A stretch of DNA of 21,460 nt, taken from contig JAYZFK010000016.1 in NCBI GenBank assembly GCA_036336835.1, positions 1-21,460 of the forward strand. Reading direction: 5' to 3'. This DNA comes from Myxococcota bacterium (lineage in GTDB: Bacteria; Myxococcota_A; UBA9160; UBA4427). The notes under the pieces are model-generated. The model ran no database searches. It worked only from the letters and a program-made list of their open reading frames with translations, and was not told the origin of the DNA. Positions 1-8,179 of the stretch are shown here, in pieces. A program made the position numbers and the translations under genes. How positions within the stretch are numbered: position 1 is the first letter of the stretch; each line of letters begins with the position of its first letter.

Positions 1-456
1 ATGCGCGACCGTTCCTGGGGTGTGCGGTCGCAGATCGGCGCCTCGTTGCATCCGGGTGCCGACAACCAGAACGGCGGCTACACGTACGCGACCATGTCCG
101 ATCGGGATGCCTGGCACGTGATCACGGCCAACTTCGGCGCGGGCTATGTCGCGATCCACGGCTTCCTGCTGCGCGATGGCATCTGGTCGAAGCTCGCCGA
201 GGGAACGCGCGAGGTGCTCGAGCGCAAGGATCACTACCCGACGCGTGTGCGCATCACCGGGCGCGACGAGCTGGGCCGGACGCTCGAGGCCGAGGGCGTC
301 TGCCACAATCGTCTGGGAGTCCACCTGAACCCGAATCTGTGGACCTGGAACTGTCTGACCGAGTGGCAGTGGGACGGCTCGCGGCGCGGCTGGGGAGAGG
401 ATCACGACAATTGGAGCGCGTCGGCCTTCCGGCACTTTGCGCGCGGCGAAGGCTGA
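1..456 (+). CDS. Uncharacterised protein with an RDRSWG motif, C-terminal part (probably 5'-truncated by the window edge); possibly a tocopherol-cyclase/CrtC/AttH-like beta-barrel
   Basis: Open frame with GC3-rich codons ending in TGA at 454-456. It starts with MRDRSWGVR, a motif that is normally internal in this recalled family, so the ATG at 1 is probably an internal Met. C-terminus is Trp-rich (WTWNCLTEWQWDG..GWGEDHDNW). Confidence 0.6.
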   Translation: MRDRSWGVRSQIGASLHPGADNQNGGYTYATMSDRDAWHVITANFGAGYVAIHGFLLRDGIWSKLAEGTREVLERKDHYPTRVRITGRDELGRTLEAEGVCHNRLGVHLNPNLWTWNCLTEWQWDGSRRGWGEDHDNWSASAFRHFARGEG

Positions 457-467
457 CCCGGGTCGCG

Positions 468-1544
468 GTGGCGCGCTGGCTCTGGATCGGGGCGGCCGCG
501 CTGGTCGCAGCGTGTGCAGCGGAACCCGCGCCGCGGACGGCGCGTCTGCCCACGGGGCTCGACCGGCCGTTTCCCCGGCTGCCCGCCCCTTCCCCGGCCG
601 AAGCGGAGCGTGTCGACCTCGGCCGGCTGCTGTTCTTCGATCGCGTCCTGTCGGGACCCGCGGACGCGGCGTGCGCCGATTGCCACCGGCCGGAGTCGGC
701 GCTCGCCGATGGCGAGCCCACCTCGCGCGGTGTGCACGGGCCGCTCGCGCGCAACGCGCCCACGCTCTACAACGTCGCTTTCAAGCCGCGCCTGTTCTGG
801 GACCGGCGGGCACCGAGTCTCGAGGTGCAGGTCTTCACTCCGTTGTTCTCGCCCGACGAGATGGCGGCCGATCCGGGCGAGCTGCTCGCACGGCTGCGCG
901 CGATCCCCGACTACGTCTCCCGCTTCGCGCGCGCCTTTCCGGAGTCGGCCGCGCCGATCGAGCTCGCCAACGTGGCGCGGGCACTCGCTGCCTTCGAGCG
1001 CACGCTCGTCTCGCGGCGCTCGCGCTACGACCGCTGGGCCGCGGGTGAGCGCGACGCGCTCACCCGGCAGGAGCTGCGCGGTCTGCGTCTGTTCCGCTCA
1101 CTCGAGACGCGCTGTTTCGAGTGTCATCGGCCGCCGACCTTTGACGCGCCGATCGCCGTTGGGATCGGCGTCCCGGGCGACGACGCCGGCGTCGGCGGTG
1201 TGACGGGCAACCCGGCCCAGCGCGGCTTCTTCGGCGTGCCCACTCTGCGCAACGTGGCTGCCACAGCGCCGTACATGCACGACGGTTCGATCGCCACGCT
1301 CGAAGAAGTGGTCGACTTCTATCGCCGCGGCGGGGGCCGCGCGCTCGGCGTCGACCCGAGCCGCATCGACGGGCAGATTCGGGCCTTCGATCTTCGCGAG
1401 GACGAGGCGGCCGACCTGGTGGCCTTCCTGCGGGCGCTGGGCGACGAGTCGACCAGACCCAGGGCCCCGGAATCGGTACCGTCCGGTCTTCCCGTTCCGA
1501 GCCCGCGGCTCGAACGGCTGGGCGAGGAGCTCCCGCTTCGATGA
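468..1544 (+). CDS. Di-heme cytochrome c peroxidase/MauG-superfamily lipoprotein
   Basis: Two CXXCH motifs (CADCH 672-686, CFECH 1113-1127). Family motifs LGRLLFFDRVLSG, RNAPTLYN, FWDRRA, PTLRNVAATAPYMHDGS and TLEEVVDFY. Start placed at GTG 468, 11 nt after the upstream stop, which gives a signal peptide with lipobox LVAAC (Cys16). The ORF-track start at 339 overlaps the previous gene. Confidence 0.9.
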   Translation: MARWLWIGAAALVAACAAEPAPRTARLPTGLDRPFPRLPAPSPAEAERVDLGRLLFFDRVLSGPADAACADCHRPESALADGEPTSRGVHGPLARNAPTLYNVAFKPRLFWDRRAPSLEVQVFTPLFSPDEMAADPGELLARLRAIPDYVSRFARAFPESAAPIELANVARALAAFERTLVSRRSRYDRWAAGERDALTRQELRGLRLFRSLETRCFECHRPPTFDAPIAVGIGVPGDDAGVGGVTGNPAQRGFFGVPTLRNVAATAPYMHDGSIATLEEVVDFYRRGGGRALGVDPSRIDGQIRAFDLREDEAADLVAFLRALGDESTRPRAPESVPSGLPVPSPRLERLGEELPLR

Positions 1545-2971
1545 CGTGCTTCCTGGGACGAGCGCTGCCGGCAGTGCTGTGGATCTTGCTCGCACAGCCG
1601 ATCGTTGCCGCAGCGGATGTGATTCGCGTCGGCCCCGGCGAGTCGATTGCGCAGGGGCTCGAAGGCGCGCCGCCGGGCAGCGTGGTCGAGGTCGAGCCCG
1701 GTGTGTACCACGAGGCGCTGACCGTAGACACACCGGGCATCACGCTGCGCGGCATCGTGCGCGAGGGTGCGCGGCCGGTCCTCGACGGCAAGGGCGAGCT
1801 CGGCGACGGCGTGATCGCTTCGGGCTCGCCGTTCTCGATGAGTGGCTTCGAGATTCGCCACTACGTGGGCAACGGCGTCACCACTCAGGGCGTCGACGGT
1901 GTGGTACTGACCGATCTGGTGATCGACGACACCGGCCTGTACGGGGTGTACCCCGTACAGTCGCGCAACATCGAGGTCACGCACACCACCGTGACAGGCA
2001 TCCGCGACGCTGGAATCTATGTCGGTGAGTCGAACCGAGCGCTCGTTGCCTACAACGAGGTACACCGCAACGTCGCCGGTATCGAGATCGAGAATACGAA
2101 CGATGCCGTCGTTCGCGACAACCTGGTGTACGACAATACGGCGGGCATTGCGGTGTTCGTGCTGCCCAACAAGGTGCAGAAGGAGGGCGCGCGCACGCAC
2201 GTGCTCCGCAACTGGGTGCTGCGCAACAACCGCGCGAACTTCGGTGACCCCGAGGCGATCATCGGCCAGCTGCCCCACGGTGTCGGCATCTTCGTGATGG
2301 GTGCCGACGACACGCTGATCGAGGACAACTGGGTCAAGCACAATGTCTCGGCAGGCCTCGCCGTGCTGCGCCTGGCAAAGGAGAACGCGGACAAGGATCC
2401 CGAACTCGAGCCCAACGCCGACCGCACGCGTCTCGGCTTCAATCAGCTGGTCGCCAACGGGCTCAGTCCACACCCGGAGATCGCGGCGGGCTACGGGCGC
2501 GGCGCGGACGTGATGTGGGACGGAACCGGCACGGGCAACTGCGCCGATCTGCCGGATGCGGTCACGCGCGGAGGCACGCCGCTCGCCCGCTGCGCGGCGC
2601 AGGCCGCGCGGCCGCCTTCGCCGCTGCTTCCGCCGGGGCAGCCGGGCCCCTCTGCGACGCTGCCGCGCTCGCAGGACTTCGACGGTCCGGTCGTGCGCAT
2701 CCGGGGCATGCGCTTCGAGCCGCACGAGATCGAGATCGGGGCGGGTCAGACGGTGACCTGGATCAACGAAGATGCGGTGACCCATACCGTGACGAGCGGC
2801 AAAGGCACGAGGCCGACGAGCGCGCCGCTCGCCTCGCCGTTCCTGCCCCGGGGCGGCGTCTACCAGTTCACCTTCGAGCGCTCGGGCGACTACGAGTATC
2901 TGTGCCTTCCGCACCTCGATCAGGCGCCGATGCGCGGAGCCCGGGTGCGCGTTGCGGACGCGGATTCCTGA
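1541..2971 (+). CDS. Secreted right-handed parallel beta-helix protein with a C-terminal cupredoxin (plastocyanin/amicyanin-like) domain
   Basis: Signal peptide ending IVAAA-D. Beta-helix repeats (GLYGVYPVQSRN, DAGIYVGESNR, NVAGIEIENT, NTAGIAVF, NNRANFG). A Pro-rich linker is followed by FEP..GQTVTWIN..THTVT..GDYEYLCLPHLDQAPMRG, with type-1 Cu ligands His (2783), Cys (2903), His (2912) and Met (2930). ATGA overlap with the upstream stop. Confidence 0.88.
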   Translation: MTCFLGRALPAVLWILLAQPIVAAADVIRVGPGESIAQGLEGAPPGSVVEVEPGVYHEALTVDTPGITLRGIVREGARPVLDGKGELGDGVIASGSPFSMSGFEIRHYVGNGVTTQGVDGVVLTDLVIDDTGLYGVYPVQSRNIEVTHTTVTGIRDAGIYVGESNRALVAYNEVHRNVAGIEIENTNDAVVRDNLVYDNTAGIAVFVLPNKVQKEGARTHVLRNWVLRNNRANFGDPEAIIGQLPHGVGIFVMGADDTLIEDNWVKHNVSAGLAVLRLAKENADKDPELEPNADRTRLGFNQLVANGLSPHPEIAAGYGRGADVMWDGTGTGNCADLPDAVTRGGTPLARCAAQAARPPSPLLPPGQPGPSATLPRSQDFDGPVVRIRGMRFEPHEIEIGAGQTVTWINEDAVTHTVTSGKGTRPTSAPLASPFLPRGGVYQFTFERSGDYEYLCLPHLDQAPMRGARVRVADADS

Positions 2972-2981
2972 GCCCGTCGCG

Positions 2982-3491
2982 ATGCCGACGCTGTTTCTGC
3001 TGCGCCACGCCGCGTCCGATGCGGACTCGAGCGACTCGGACCACGACCGACCGCTGAACCAGTGCGGCGCGGACGCGGCGGTGTGGATGGGTGGATACCT
3101 CGAGCGGATCGGCGTCCGGCCGCAACGCGTCCTGTGCTCGTCGGCGCGACGTGCGCTCGAGACCTGGAGCGGTCTGGCGTCGGTGTGGTCGCTCGAGGCG
3201 GACCGGCTGGCCGAATCGGATCAGCTCTATCTTGCGAGCACGGGCGAGATGCTCGAGCTGCTGCGCCAGCAGCCGGTCGACGTCGAGTCGGTCCTCGTGA
3301 TCGCGCACAACCCGGGCACCCATGAGCTCGCGCTGATGCTCGCCGGCGAGGGAGAGCGCGACGCCTACGAGCGGTTGCGCGACCAGTTTCCAGAGGCCGC
3401 TCTGTGCGAGCTCGCATTCGATTGTGCGTGGTCCGAGCTCGGGCCGGGCGCAGCGCGGCTCCTCCGCTTCGCGTTTGCACCGTTCGAGTAG
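2982..3491 (+). CDS. sixA: Histidine phosphatase family protein, SixA-like
   Basis: N-terminal LFLLRHA motif, DHDRPLN, CSSARRALET and IAHNP; about 169 aa. ATG at 2982 lies 10 nt after the upstream stop. Confidence 0.85.
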   Translation: MPTLFLLRHAASDADSSDSDHDRPLNQCGADAAVWMGGYLERIGVRPQRVLCSSARRALETWSGLASVWSLEADRLAESDQLYLASTGEMLELLRQQPVDVESVLVIAHNPGTHELALMLAGEGERDAYERLRDQFPEAALCELAFDCAWSELGPGAARLLRFAFAPFE

Positions 3492-3559
3492 ATCGCTCCG
3501 TACCGCGATCGGTGGCCGACCGCGCCGAGTTCCGAGCCCCCGTGAGCGATCACATCGGA

Positions 3560-3565
3560 TAGGAT
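3560..3565 (+). promoter_or_regulatory. Candidate sigma70-type -10 element (TAGGAT) for the CoA-transferase gene
   Basis: TAnnnT hexamer 25 nt upstream of the ATG and upstream of the SD, in a 99-bp intergenic gap; no clear -35. Confidence 0.35.
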
Positions 3566-3590
3566 GGCTCCGGAGCCCGGGAGGAAATTC

Positions 3591-4817
3591 ATGCATCAAC
3601 CGATGAAGGGTGTGCGCGTCCTCGAAGTCGCGCAGTGGACCTATGTTCCGGCGGCGGGCGGCGTGCTCGCCGACTGGGGCGCCGAGGTGATCAAGATCGA
3701 GCACCCCGTGTCGGGCGACGCCCAGCGCGGCCTCGTGCAGACCGGCACGGTGCCGGTCAGTGGCAGTGACGTGAATCCGTTCATGGAGCATCCGAACCGC
3801 GGCAAGCGAAGCCTGGGCCTCGACATGAAGCACCCCGATGGGCTCGCGCTGCTGTACGAGATCGCAAAGCGCTCCGACGTCTTCCTGACCAACTTTCTTC
3901 CGGCCAGTCGCGCGAAGCTCGAGATCGATGTCGAGCACATTCGCGCCCAGAACCCGGACATCATCTACGTGCGCGGCTCGGCCTTCGGAGTGCGCGGCGC
4001 TGAAGCCGGCAAGGGCGGCTACGACATGACCGGCTACTGGTGTCGCGCCGGCAGCGCGTCCGGCGTCACACCGCCCGCGCTGCCCGGCGTGCTCGCGCAG
4101 CCAGCGCCCGCGTATGGCGATTCGATCGGCGGAATGACGATCGCCGGCGGCATCGCCGGCGCGCTGTTCGCACGCGAGCGCACCGGCGAGACCTCGATCG
4201 TCGATGTCTCGTTGCTCTCGACCGGCCTGTGGGCGATGGGCATGGCCGTCGATCTGTCGCTGCAGACCGGTGAGCCCTGGTACACGAACCAGGCGCCGGG
4301 CGGAGGTGCGCCGTCGAACCCGCTGGTCGGAGTCTTCGGGACCCGGGACGACCGCTTCCTGTCGCTGGTGATGCTGCAGCCCTTCCGCTTCTGGCCGGAC
4401 TTCTGTCGCCACGTGGGGCACCCGGAGTGGGTCCTCGACGAGCGCTTCGACACGGTCGAGAAGCTGATGGCCAATGCCGACTCGGCCAAGCCGCTGGTGG
4501 CCGAGGTCCTGAAGACGAAGACGCTCGCCGAGTGGAGCAAGATCTTCGAGACTCTCGAGGGCCAGTGGGCGCCCGTCCAGAACACCGTCGAACTCGGCAA
4601 CGATCCGCAGGTGCGTGCCAACGGGTACATCGTCGACGTCGACAAGGGCAACGGTGAGACCTTCCCGTGTGTGACCAGTCCAGTGCAGTTCGACGAGCAG
4701 CCGATCGAGCTGCGGAAGGCGCCCGAGCACGCGCAGGACACCGAGACCCTGTTGCTCGAGTTCGGCATCGAGTGGGATCGTATCGCCGCGCTCAAACAGA
4801 GCGGCGCGATCGCCTGA
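3591..4817 (+). CDS. Class III CoA-transferase (CaiB/BaiF family)
   Basis: MKGVRVLE..PAAGGVLADWGAEVIKIEHP..GD, NRGKRSLGLD, DVFLTNF and GYD motifs; candidate catalytic Asp in YGDSIGG. SD GGAGG lies just upstream of ATG 3591. Confidence 0.93.
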   Translation: MHQPMKGVRVLEVAQWTYVPAAGGVLADWGAEVIKIEHPVSGDAQRGLVQTGTVPVSGSDVNPFMEHPNRGKRSLGLDMKHPDGLALLYEIAKRSDVFLTNFLPASRAKLEIDVEHIRAQNPDIIYVRGSAFGVRGAEAGKGGYDMTGYWCRAGSASGVTPPALPGVLAQPAPAYGDSIGGMTIAGGIAGALFARERTGETSIVDVSLLSTGLWAMGMAVDLSLQTGEPWYTNQAPGGGAPSNPLVGVFGTRDDRFLSLVMLQPFRFWPDFCRHVGHPEWVLDERFDTVEKLMANADSAKPLVAEVLKTKTLAEWSKIFETLEGQWAPVQNTVELGNDPQVRANGYIVDVDKGNGETFPCVTSPVQFDEQPIELRKAPEHAQDTETLLLEFGIEWDRIAALKQSGAIA

Positions 4818-4842
4818 GCGCGGCCCGGCGCAGCCGCAGGCT

Positions 4843-7212
4843 TCAGCGTGACTCGCGCTCGAGCGAGCTGAGCAGCGACTGGGCGTGCCGGTCGGTCGGA
4901 TCGAGGGCGAGCAGCGCCTCGGCCCAGCGTGCAGCGGCGGCACGGCGTCCGCGATCTCGCTCGATCGTCGCCAGCGCGTACAGCAGCTCCGGGTCTCGCG
5001 GGTAGCGGCTGTGGGCCTGCTCGAGTACGGCGATCCCCTCGTCGATGCGTCCGGCCGATTGCAGTGCGATCGCGTAGGTGTAGGCGATGCGGCGCGAATC
5101 GGGTGCGTGGTCGTAGGAGCGCTCGATCTCGGTGAGTGCCTGCTCCGGCCGACCCTGTCGCACCAGCGAGAGCCCGAGAGCCAGCTCGAGCTCCGCACTC
5201 GCGGGCTGCCGGGCGAGTCCTTCGCGCAGCACGCGTTCGGCCTCTTCTTCCCCACTCTTGCCGCCGCGTCGAAGGACGTCGGCGAGGTTCACGCGCGTCA
5301 CCGGCTCGTTCGGTGCAAAGGCGAGCGCGCGTCGCGCTCGCTCGATGGCTTCGGCCGCGTTGCCGAGCCGGGTCTCGAGGGCGCTGAGGTTGAGCTGTGC
5401 CTCGACCCGGTCGGCGTTGATCTCCTGCGAGCGTCGGTAGTCGCGCAGCGCATCCGCCAGGGCGACGCGCTCACCGGGTGCCCAGGCGTCGGGCGGTGCT
5501 TCGACTAGCGTCCGCGCGGCCTCGATGCGTACGGCAAGGACCGGGTCGCGCAGCTGCTCGCGACCGAGCGCGAGCCGGTCGACGGGCGCCAGGGCTTCCA
5601 GTGCGCGCACGGCGCCGAGCCGGACCAGTGCGTCCGGGTCGGCGAGCGCGGCGCGAAGCGCCGGCAATGTTTTGCGGTCGAGTTCGCGCCCCAGCAACGA
5701 GGCCGCGGTCGCTCGCGTGATCGCGGGCTGGGCAGTGTCGTCGATCAAGGCCGCAAGGCCGGTCCCAGCGTCGGCTTCCTCGGCCCAGGCCGCCGCGATC
5801 GCGACGCCCGGGTGCGGGTCGTCGCGCAATGCACCGCGCTGCGCCAGCTGCGCGGCGGCCCACTCGGCGTCGCGTCCCTCGTGGCACGCCGCGCACACAC
5901 TCGGCGAACCCGTGAGTGCCGCGATGTCGGGCCGCGGGATGCTCAGCGAATGATCGCGGCGTGCATCGACCTGCATGTAGGTCCGCTCTGGCATGTGGCA
6001 GGCGACACAGCTCGCGCCCGGCGACCGCGGGGCGTGGCCGTGGTGCTCGCTCGTCGCAAAGACCGCCGGCTGGTGACAGCTCGCGCACACCGCGTCCGGT
6101 CCGGTGCGCACCTCGAGCGAGTGGGGATCGTGGCAGTCGCTGCAGCGGACTCCTGCGGCGTGCATCCGGCTCTGTTGGAACGAGCCCCAGACGTAGACCT
6201 CATCGCGCATGCGTCCGTCCGCGAAGTAGAGGCCCTCTTCGAGCAGGGAGGGCAGGTAGCCGTCGAGAAACGCGTCGCCCGGCGGTGAGTCGGGCGCGAT
6301 GCGTGAGCGACGCGAGTGGCAGGGCGCACAGGTGTCGATCTCGCGCTGGGCGTGCTCGGCGGGCAGGCTGCGCCGGGCGATCGGATCACCCGCAGCGAAC
6401 GTCCAGCGCCCCGGGCTGTGGCCGAGACCGCGGATCGCGGCGCGAGCGCCCGCTGCATCGTCGCCCCGCGCGAGCTCGACGTGAAGCGCGCCCGGGCCGT
6501 GACAGGCTTCACAGCCCACGTCGAGCTCCTGCCAGCGAGTCTGGTAACGATCGCTTGCCTCGTCGTAGCCTCGCTCGAGCCCCGTCGAGTGACAGGCGGC
6601 GCACTGGTGGTTCCAGGTCTGCACTCGACCCGTCCAGTGGAGTGGATCGCCGACCCGAAGCCCTTCACCCTGATAGATGTGGATCCAGCGCTGTCCACCG
6701 GCTTCCCGGGGCCGCGAGTCCCAGGCCACGGGCAGGGGCTGCAGTCGGCCCCCAGCCCCCGTCACCAGATATTGCTGCAGCGGCCGGACGCCGAAGGTAT
6801 AGGCGACCCGCTGCTCGGGCTCGGGGACATCGCCGTCCGGAGGCCGGGTGAAGAAGCCGTCGTCGCGCTGCTCGAAGCTCCACGTCTGGCCGTCGAGCAC
6901 GACGTCCGATGCGCTGAAGTCCCCCAGCACGCTCGCGGCCGTCGCCTGCTGCATGGCCAGGTCGTGGTCCGAGCCGCGCCAGCGCACGCCGACCTCGGCG
7001 TGGCATTCGATGCAGGTCAGTGTTCCCGCGTAGCTTGGCGCAGCCGTCGTCGCCGTCTGGCTCGCCGCGGTCGAAGATTCCTCCGCAGTGCGGTCCGGCG
7101 CGTCGGGCGTGCAGCCGATCAGCAGTCCGCCGACGACAGTCGTTCCGGCGAGTCGCGTGCATTGCCGCAGTGCCCTGGCGAGGAACCGAGGAGATGTCGG
7201 CGAGCGAGACAT
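4843..7212 (-). CDS. Octaheme c-type cytochrome lipoprotein with C-terminal HEAT-like and TPR repeats
   Basis: Eight CXXCH motifs (CIECH, CAACH, CEACH, CAPCH, CSDCH, CASCH, CVACH, CAACH; about 5881-7014). Lipobox LLIGC with Cys at 7111-7113. HEAT-like LADPDALVRLGAVRAL and LRDPVLAVRIEAAR, then Ala/Leu-rich TPR helices. Start uncertain (ATG 7212, or 7248/7251). Confidence 0.88.
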   Translation of the reverse strand: MSRSPTSPRFLARALRQCTRLAGTTVVGGLLIGCTPDAPDRTAEESSTAASQTATTAAPSYAGTLTCIECHAEVGVRWRGSDHDLAMQQATAASVLGDFSASDVVLDGQTWSFEQRDDGFFTRPPDGDVPEPEQRVAYTFGVRPLQQYLVTGAGGRLQPLPVAWDSRPREAGGQRWIHIYQGEGLRVGDPLHWTGRVQTWNHQCAACHSTGLERGYDEASDRYQTRWQELDVGCEACHGPGALHVELARGDDAAGARAAIRGLGHSPGRWTFAAGDPIARRSLPAEHAQREIDTCAPCHSRRSRIAPDSPPGDAFLDGYLPSLLEEGLYFADGRMRDEVYVWGSFQQSRMHAAGVRCSDCHDPHSLEVRTGPDAVCASCHQPAVFATSEHHGHAPRSPGASCVACHMPERTYMQVDARRDHSLSIPRPDIAALTGSPSVCAACHEGRDAEWAAAQLAQRGALRDDPHPGVAIAAAWAEEADAGTGLAALIDDTAQPAITRATAASLLGRELDRKTLPALRAALADPDALVRLGAVRALEALAPVDRLALGREQLRDPVLAVRIEAARTLVEAPPDAWAPGERVALADALRDYRRSQEINADRVEAQLNLSALETRLGNAAEAIERARRALAFAPNEPVTRVNLADVLRRGGKSGEEEAERVLREGLARQPASAELELALGLSLVRQGRPEQALTEIERSYDHAPDSRRIAYTYAIALQSAGRIDEGIAVLEQAHSRYPRDPELLYALATIERDRGRRAAAARWAEALLALDPTDRHAQSLLSSLERESR

Positions 7213-7379
7213 GAGTGCAGCCACGGGTCTCCTCGATGCGCTCGCCATCATCCCCCCCGCGCCGTCTGCGCGCCACGGCTATTCGCTCGGCGAGTGGCGG
7301 CGTCTGCGCTCGTCGAGTGCTTTCCGAGCCCGAGATCGCGTGGCCGGAAGACCCCGCCGGGCGTTGCTAGCATGCGCCC

Positions 7380-8066
7380 GTGGCGACCACGAATGTCACG
7401 CAGCGAGTGCTGGGGCGCTTCGGCTTCCTGTTGATTGCGCTCGTCCTCTTCCTGGCGACGACACCGCTCGCCGAGCACACGTCGCTGGCGGAGGGGCGCT
7501 TCCGGGTGCTGTTTACAGTGGTGCTGCTCATCGGTGTCTACACGATGAGCGGCCGCCGCAGCCTGATCGTTGCCGCGGTGCTGGCCCTCCCGGCGATCGT
7601 GGGCAACTGGATCGAAGTTGTGGCCGAGGTGGAGGGGACAGCCCCGTTCGTCTACGCGCTCAGCGCGCTGTTCCTGGGCTACGTCGCGGCCGTCGTGCTG
7701 GCGGCCGTGTTGCGCGAGCAACAGGTCACGACCGATACGGTCCTGGGCGGTATCTGCGTCTACTTCCTGATAGGGATCGTTTGGATCCTGCTCTATGCGC
7801 TGGTGATCGAGTTCGATCCCGGCGCGATCCTGATCAATGGAAAGCCGGTCAGCTACGAGATCGCGAAGGGCTCGTCCACCTTGATCTACTTCAGCTTCGT
7901 GACGCTCACGACCCTGGGCTACGGAGATGTCGCTCCGCACAGCGATGTGGCGCGAATGCTCGCGGCGGGCGAGGCTGTCGTCGGACAGCTGTTCATTGCC
8001 GTGATGATCGCGCGACTGGTGGGCATGCACATCTCGATCACTAGCCGAGCCAACGACGAACACTGA
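7380..8066 (+). CDS. Potassium channel family membrane protein (pore domain plus N-terminal TM bundle)
   Basis: Selectivity filter YFSFVTLTTLGYGD (TTLGYGD at 7908-7928) flanked by TM helices, with about four more N-terminal hydrophobic segments; no RCK domain. Confidence 0.9.
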   Translation: MATTNVTQRVLGRFGFLLIALVLFLATTPLAEHTSLAEGRFRVLFTVVLLIGVYTMSGRRSLIVAAVLALPAIVGNWIEVVAEVEGTAPFVYALSALFLGYVAAVVLAAVLREQQVTTDTVLGGICVYFLIGIVWILLYALVIEFDPGAILINGKPVSYEIAKGSSTLIYFSFVTLTTLGYGDVAPHSDVARMLAAGEAVVGQLFIAVMIARLVGMHISITSRANDEH

Positions 8067-8179
8067 AGCGGGCCGGTTCGGTCGACACTCGCATGCCGGC
8101 CCCGGAGGCTCTACTTGATACATGTTGGCCAACGCTGTCCATCCTTCGCGTCGCCGAAGTGTGGGAACCCGAGAAGCAG

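Noticed and set aside
468..1544. Calling the diheme gene mauG, mbnH or ccpA
   Set aside because: No MADH subunits, mbnP or methanobactin genes are present in the window, and the Tyr-type motif argues against a canonical Met-ligated peroxidase; only superfamily-level support exists.
1319..2914. 531-aa minus-strand ORF (and similar long ORFs at 10159-11358, 13402-14352, 15076-16068 and 18265-19470)
   Set aside because: They overlap well-supported genes; their Arg/Ala/Pro-rich or mirror-codon composition shows no family signatures.
3491..3551. Inverted repeat GATCGCTC...GAGCGATC after sixA, and a 6-bp hairpin at 15390-15407
   Set aside because: Short stems with no U-tract, compatible with chance in GC-rich DNA; no riboswitch or REP pattern recognised.
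2868..5255. 795-aa minus-strand ORF
   Set aside because: Antisense shadow of the SixA-like and CoA-transferase genes; no motifs, and long shadow ORFs are expected at this GC content.
8105..8120. KstR2 operator upstream of the ipdF-like gene
   Set aside because: Only the CTTGAT half-site is present; the AnCAAG half is missing.
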